DNA of 64,000 nucleotides from Selaginella moellendorffii (Eukaryota; Plantae; Lycopodiophyta): NCBI RefSeq assembly GCF_000143415.4, contig NW_003314326.1, positions 558,001 to 622,000 of the forward strand, read 5' to 3'. Shown piece by piece: positions 57,818 to 64,000 of this stretch (position 1 is its first letter; each line of letters starts with the position of its first letter). The notes under the pieces were generated by a model. It saw only the letters and a program-made list of their open reading frames with translations, ran no database searches and was not told where the DNA came from. The position numbers and the translations under genes were made by a program.

Positions 57818-60777
57818 ATGATGAATCGGAGGAGCAGCAGCAGCAGCATCGGGAGCTTTGCGCCGTGGGAGACATTCCTCATCAGCGAGCACGCCTCCAA
57901 TCTCGGCAAAGCGGGAGAGATTTCTTTCCTCCCCTGCCATGTCCAGCAGCAAGTAAGCGTCTTCCCTGAGAGCCGATCGACTCAATTTGCTGAAATGCTG
58001 CTCGATTGATGGCCCTGCCAGGCGAGCTGGATCGCGGGGAAGCAATCCGCCGGCGCGCTTCCGGGAACCTGGGTGAGTTTCTTCTGTTTGTTCGCTAGTC
58101 TCTAGTCCGTGCTTTTTCTTGCGTTTGGCTTATTGTGGCTACTGGCCAACACTGACTAGGCCTTCTGCCAAAAGGATGAGGTGATGGATCGTGGACGCGT
58201 AGGAAATGGTCAGAGGTACTACTCCTGGTTGAATTAGCTCCATCTTTTCATCTGGTCTGGTGTTGACTCTCATCCTCTCTTGTCTTGCCTCTCTCACCAG
58301 CGTCCTCCTCGAGAATCAAAAAATGATCCATCAAATGTCCACGGTATGGTTCTTCTAGCTATGGATGCTTTTGCTTCCTTCTAAGTTCTCATCGATGGCT
58401 TTGTATTGCTTGCACAGGTCGTGGACAAGACCGATTTCGAGGCTGTCAAGAGGGAGAGTTTGCGTGTGCATCGCTCCAGGCTCGAGTTTGATGTGAGTAG
58501 AGCTGGAATTTGGATGAACAGTCTGGTCTGATCGAATGTTTTCGCCACAAATTCTAAAAATCAGGTGTCCAGGCTCGAGAAAAGGCTGCAAGAGGAGCGC
58601 GATTTGCACTGCGCTTACACGACCGCCCACGAAAACGCAATGGAAGCCATCTCCAGTCTCCCCAGTCATCTCCCAGTCAGTGTACGTATGCAACGGTGAC
58701 TCGTTGCTCACATTAGAAAAGTGCTGACGAACGCCCGTTTGATTTCTTCTCCAGGCACAGAAACTTCTCCTGGATGTGGCCACGCTCGAGTTCTCTGTTT
58801 CCAAGCTAGAGGAACAGATGCTGACTCTACAAAGCCAAGTTTTCAAAGAGCGGTCCGCGTATGAAAAGTCCCAATCGACGCTGCAAGGCTTATCACAGAC
58901 GGTGACCGAGGAGGAGCCTGGCACTCAGGCTTCGTGCTTATCTCCAAGCTCACAGGGCTCGTCATACTTAAAGCCTGTCGCGAGGGGCCGACCACCATCG
59001 CCAGCCACACCATGCGCCGTAGAGGCCTTTAGCGATCAATCAAGTGGCGCTTCAACAGAGGCAAATGGTGATCATCAGGCGGGCGAGAAGCATCATAGCT
59101 CGGAGGACGTACTCACTCTCGAGGATTACAGAAAATCTTCCGCGGACGAGGAGAGTGAGTGGCGGTTGCGGAATGAGGAGGAGCAAGCCGTGACGACTTC
59201 TGGAAAGGTAAAGCTCGTTTTTAAGTACTTCACGTTTTCTGTTGGGCTCATTTTCAAACTTTGGCGCTCTGTGTTAGTGGGAATCAAGGGACGTGTCAGG
59301 CAATCTAAACGACTGCGGCACAGAAGCTCCCCCGGTGGAAGATATCGTGGCGGAATCTCTCGTGTCGGAAGCGCTTTGGCGATATCCCAACAGCTTGTCA
59401 GAGCAGATGGTGCAGTGCATGGTGGATATTTATCACCACCTTTCCGGCCGTTCGACGCCACACTCGAAATCAATTCCCCGGGACATGCCATCGCCAACGT
59501 CGCCGTTTGTTCATCTGGTCTCATCGTCACTGTCATCGGTATCGGAGTCGTCATTCGTATCCTTTGCGAGGAGCCCGCTTGTTGATTGGAGAAACAAAGC
59601 GGGAGTTGCCGGACAAGACAGCGTCTTCGATCCATACACCATGGAAGGAAAGGTTATGCTGCCAGAGATTGGAGCGTATCAGACAGCCGCCGAGGTTTCG
59701 TGGATCTCTGTGGGGAAGAGACAGCTCAATTATGCTGCCGGCGCACTTCAGAGATTCAAGTGAGTACTGTTGCTCATTCTAATCTTCTTTTTCGGCTTTT
59801 CTGACGTCGAAAGTCTTGCAGACTATTGGTGGAGCACTTATCAAGAGTAGACCCGAGCAGCATGAGGCATGTGGAAAAACTTGCCTTTTGGATCAATGTA
59901 CACAACGCGTTGATGATGCACGTAAGTTTCTACACCGTTTGGTTGTCCGCTTCTTGTTGTGAGATCACGAATTTGTCTATGCAGGCATTTCTTGCCTACG
60001 GAACACCTGATAACGAAGCGAAGTACTTCTCTCTCATGCAAAAGGTATGTATGTCGTAGCAGTTTCATATACAGCAAGCACTAAACAGCTAAATCCCGGA
60101 ATGCCTTCAATTCTTGTGCAGGCAAGCTACGTAATTGGGGGCCATTCATTTAATGCGATCACTATTGAATATGCGTTTCTAAAATCCCGGGCATCCACAT
60201 ATCGGCCTCAACTGGTATGTGTCTAAGATCTGGCTCGCAGTGTCTGTTTCTTAAATTTAATTTCTTTTTTTTGCAGGAGTTGCTTTTGGCACTAAAAGAG
60301 ATCAACCTGTCAGAGCAGCAAACGAAGTTTGGCATATCTCATGCAGAGCCTCTGACGCTGTTTGCGTTGTCGTTTGGTGCTTGGTCGTGCCCAGCGGTAT
60401 GCAATGCAGTCTCGCTAATCCTTTCCTCGACATCTTCAAGAGATCCATTGATTTCTTTCCTTTCCCAGGTACGAATATATACAGCGGAAACAATCTACGA
60501 GCAACTGGAGGTATCTCTACGCGATTATCTGCGAGCATCCGTCGGGATCAACCACAAGAGCAGCAAGCTCATGGTTCCAAAGCTGCTCTACGCTCACGTT
60601 CGCGAGACGCAGGGCAGCGAGGTCTCGCTAGCCGACTGGATCTGCGCGCACTTGTCCAGCTCCCAGCTTCGTTTCGTCATGAGCTCTTTGAAACGGCGAA
60701 AGCAGCGCGGCCACAGCGCAGTCCAGGTTCTTCCATTTGATTTTCGCTTCCGGTATCTCTTTCTCGCTGAGATCTAG
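57818..60777 (+). CDS. Second Lzipper-MIP1/DUF547 domain protein (multi-exon)
   Basis: RSRLEFDV, LLDVATLEFSVSKLEEQ, YPNSLSEQMVQCMVDIY, EKLAFWINVHNALMMH, AEPLTLFALSFGAWSCPAVRIYTAE and VLPFDFRFRYLF. The start is approximate. Confidence 0.87.
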
Positions 60778-61458
60778 CTAGCTGAAAGGCGAGGACTCGC
60801 AGCGGTCGGAAAATCACACCCGAGAGTAGGAAAGGAAACGCTGAGCTCCAAAAATTTTTGCTCGATCGATCGAACGATCGTTTAGACCGAAGCTAGAGGA
60901 AGTCGACACTCCCAATTCTTTGAGCGCGTGGATCGTGTAAAAGAAAGCTCCTTAGGATTTGTACATACAAGTTGGCGGGAAGATCTCAAAAATCTAAATA
61001 AAAAATGTGCAGCTTTTTCAAAATTCAAATCTTTTGAATTCAAATTGTGGAGGGAGGATTCAAAGTTTGAAGATTTTTCTTGGTAGCACCGACAGGATAT
61101 ACATGCCTACATAAAGAATGGGCGGTAGTTTTGTACGGTAGAGCCACCACGTAGCGATACTTGGCAACATGGGAAAAAACCCAAATTTAAATTCAAACAA
61201 GAGAAAGTCCAAACAATTCCGCGCCATCGCGCAAATGCGACAAGAAAGAGTCCTCGCCTTCCAACATTGACGGAGTGTCTCTGCTACTAACGGAGAGAAA
61301 ATCTTAGGAAAAAGAGAGAGATCTCGGAAGAACATGAGTGTGATCGTATGGAGCTATCGATCGATCCATCCGAACGAGCTGAGAGCTATGAAACAAAAGG
61401 CTTTGATCGAGAAAGCGTACTGGGAGAATATTTGCGCGATGGAATTCGAGCGAATGTG

Positions 61459-61968
61459 CTACTCCTCGGCTGGAGGAGCTTCTCCTCCAGCGCCCTCCTC
61501 GCCCTCGGGCGGCGGCGGCGGCTTCTCCTCCACTGGCGGGGGCGGCGGTGGCGGTGGCGAGTGAGCGCAGTGCGAGCAGATCAGCTCCGGCGGAGGCGGC
61601 GGCGGCGGTTTCAAAGGATCGTGATCGATGAGGAACTGGCCTAGATATCCCACTGGATTCGAGGGCCTATGCGAAGTTTCTCCATGGGGTCAATCGAGAT
61701 AGAGCTAGAGCTTTCGTTCCTCCCACAATGTGGGCGAGATCAAACACTCTCAAGGAGGAAGGATTCGCTTACCTTTCGATGAGCAAGTGCTGCAAGCCTC
61801 TAAACACAACTTGTACCACATTGGCATCCTGGAAGAGAGAAACCCATCAAATTTCCTCGAAGATCCGAGCGATTATCGGGAATTTACCAAGTAGACGCGA
61901 TGCTGATTCTGGAGAGTCCTCAATTTCATCCATACGTTCACGGATTCCTGCTTCTTCTCGTCCCCCAT
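61459..61968 (-). CDS. Dpy-30-motif protein with Pro/Glu-rich tail; 3 exons, about 114 aa
   Basis: Exons 61968-61888, 61828-61773 and 61666-61459 splice in frame to RVYLDANVVQVVFRGLQHLLIERPSNPVGYLGQFLIDH, which matches the Dpy-30 pattern R.YLD..VV.....GL..L..ERP.NP..(F/Y)L..(Y/F)L. Confidence 0.8.
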
Positions 61969-62272
61969 CTCCGCACTCTGTTCTTCCCGCGCCTCGAATT
62001 TAGGGCTGACTCAAAACGGCACGCCCGTCTCAGCGCGCCACGTGTGAGACGGAATATGCCACGGCACATCCCGCTAGCTCTTTCTTTTTTTTCCCCAGGA
62101 ATAAAATAGAGGAGCGCAGGACACCGCTCCCTTCCAATCGTGAGGAGAGATCCCACGCTCGATCGCTCAATTGATCGCGGGCGGCGCATGCAGCAGCGAT
62201 CCGGGGCACGGATCGACGAATTCGACGCGGCTGTAGGTCAAATTTCGCGGCGACAGGGTTGAATCGGGCAGG

Positions 62273-63500
62273 ATGAGCTACCAGGACTTGGATTTGGAGC
62301 GCGGCTACCCGGCCAGGAAGGGCGATGTGCTGAATGGGGGCCAGGATCCAAGCCAGGCGGTGGCGTCGGGGGTTTTCCAGATCAACACGGCCGTGATGAG
62401 CTATACGAGGCTCATGAACCAGCTCGGCACTGCCAAGGACACGCCGGAGCTGCGAACAAAGATGTGAGTGGAATTCTGGAATTCTTCTTCCACGTACAAA
62501 CCTTTTTTTTTTTTTTTTGTTCTTTCTTTCATCCATAGGCACAAGATGAGGCAACACATATCACATTTGATCAAGGAGACGGCCGCGAAGCTCAAGGCTG
62601 TCAATGAGACCGATCGCACACAGCCAGTCAGTGTAAGTGGGATCTATCTCTTTGTTCTTCTTGTTCCTTCTCGGGTTTTTTCTTTCCATGGTGGAACTTA
62701 AGAGATATGCGTTGTGGTGTTCTAGGCCTCGACGAAAATGAAGGATGCGAAGCTTGCCAAGGATTTCCAGAGGGTTTTGCAGACGTTTGAGCAGGCCCAA
62801 AAGATTAGCAAGGAGCGGCAGACTGTGTATGCGCCATTGGTTCCTGAAGTGCTTGGAATGGAAGGGTATGTTTTTCCTCGTCTTTCTGCTTTCTCGAAAG
62901 CTGGCTGATGGTGTTCTTGTTTTCTTCGTTCCAGCGCCAGTCCGGATGATGAACGTCGAATTCTACTCGCCGAGCAGAGACGGTGAGAAGATCCAAACTT
63001 GTTTCCAAGTACCTTGTACTGATCTTTCTTTTGAAAATACGCAGGCAGGAAGTGTTGCAACTAGACAACGAGGTTACTTTTAACGAGGCCGTGATTGAAG
63101 AGAGAGCGCAAGGCATCAGAGAAGTCCAGGAACAAATCGAGGAAGTGCACGAGATCTTCAAGGATCTTGCGGTAATGGTACATGAGCAGGGTGGAACAAT
63201 CGGTAAGCTTATCGTTTTTGTCTTCTCCCTTCCATAACATTTCTTTACGTCGTTGCTTCGCCAGAGGAGATTGATTCCCACGTAGAGAACAGTTACGCTG
63301 CTACAGCGCAAGCGAATAAGCAACTCTCAAAGGCTTCGAAGAGCCAAAAGTCCGGCAATACTTTGGTAAGAGAGAATCTCTCCATTCTCTCTTCTCATCT
63401 ACGTTCTTATGTTCCTCGTGCCTTTGTTTTGCAGAGCTGTTTGCTCATGGTTATTTTTGCGGTGGCTCTGGTGATTGTGATAATCGTGCTCGCGGCATGA
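62273..63500 (+). CDS. Syntaxin, SYP2 (SYP21/22/VAM3) family Qa-SNARE
   Basis: [44 protein letters not shown] motif [33 protein letters not shown] and a C-terminal transmembrane segment; multi-exon. Confidence 0.92.
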
Positions 63501-63728
63501 GCAAGAGAAAAAGGATGAACATTCAAGCTCATCCCATCAAAAAATTCTTATAGGTATATAGAAAAGTATGATACTGATTTGCTTCTGTAGCGGGCCTTGT
63601 ACATGGGAGTTTCAAAGAGAACACCGAGAGCTAGTGTAATTACATTCATCTATTTATTCTTCTTACAAGCATTGATTGGGTGTGTTTTGATCGATCTATG
63701 GACGCTGGAAATAAAAAAAACTATGATC

Positions 63729-64000
63729 TCAAACTTGGAGAAGTTTGCGAGCTTCACTCTCGACGTTGTCTACCGTGAAGCCAAATTTCTTGAACACGTC
63801 CAGGTAAGCTCCACTCTTTCCAAACGAGTTCACCGCAAGAACCCGGCCATGGAATCCAACGTACTCTCTCCATCCAACCGGCGAGCCAGCCTCCACGCTC
63901 AATCTCTTCTTCACGCTCCTCGGAAGAATCTCGTCCTTGTACTCGACCGGCTGCTCGTCGAACAGCTCCCAGCTAACCAGCGACACCACTCGTACCTTAA
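63729..64000 (-). CDS. TKL: Transketolase, C-terminal end (gene runs off the window)
   Basis: VRVVSLVSWELFDEQPVEYKDEILP...RLSVEAG..GWREYVG...FGKSG...FKKFGFTVDNV. Confidence 0.88.
   Translation of the reverse strand, partial: KVRVVSLVSWELFDEQPVEYKDEILPRSVKKRLSVEAGSPVGWREYVGFHGRVLAVNSFGKSGAYLDVFKKFGFTVDNVESEARKLLQV

Overview
Compact, gene-dense eukaryotic (plant) DNA with very short GT-AG introns. It is most likely a seed-free land plant such as the lycophyte Selaginella; this is an inference from the PLS-PPR style, sperm-flagellum genes, a CVNH lectin and gene density. From 5' to 3' it contains: a decayed Gypsy relic; a mirror-image UGT/PPR cluster (2 intact UDP-glycosyltransferases, 1 UGT pseudogene, a P-class PPR, a PLS-E PPR, reciprocal remnants, and a broken P-loop ATPase in the middle); a DUF547 gene; a divergent pair of RING-H2 ATL genes; a spliced Q-rich Mug135-like gene of fungal type; a class A auxin response factor; SDE2; and a decayed Crinkler-like NTPase/nuclease locus. 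A rearranged block follows at 32.5-45 kb, with a duplicated AT-rich repeat, a truncated RCE1/UBC12 copy, a full-length 5-kb Ty3/Gypsy element in a (TA)n tract, a Copia fragment and an ABHD17 pseudogene. The right part holds a secreted cyanovirin-N-like lectin, intact RCE1, an ATG15-like class 3 lipase, an ODF3/SHIPPO-repeat protein, CPSF73, a second DUF547 gene, a spliced Dpy-30-motif gene, a SYP2 syntaxin and the 3' end of a transketolase. The most notable points are several fungal/microbial-type genes (Mug135-like, CVNH, Crinkler-like, ATG15-like), UGT-PPR pairs with almost no intergenic space, and a microsatellite-associated Gypsy family present as both a young copy and a transition-decayed copy. 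All family calls come from motif recognition by eye; no database searches were run.
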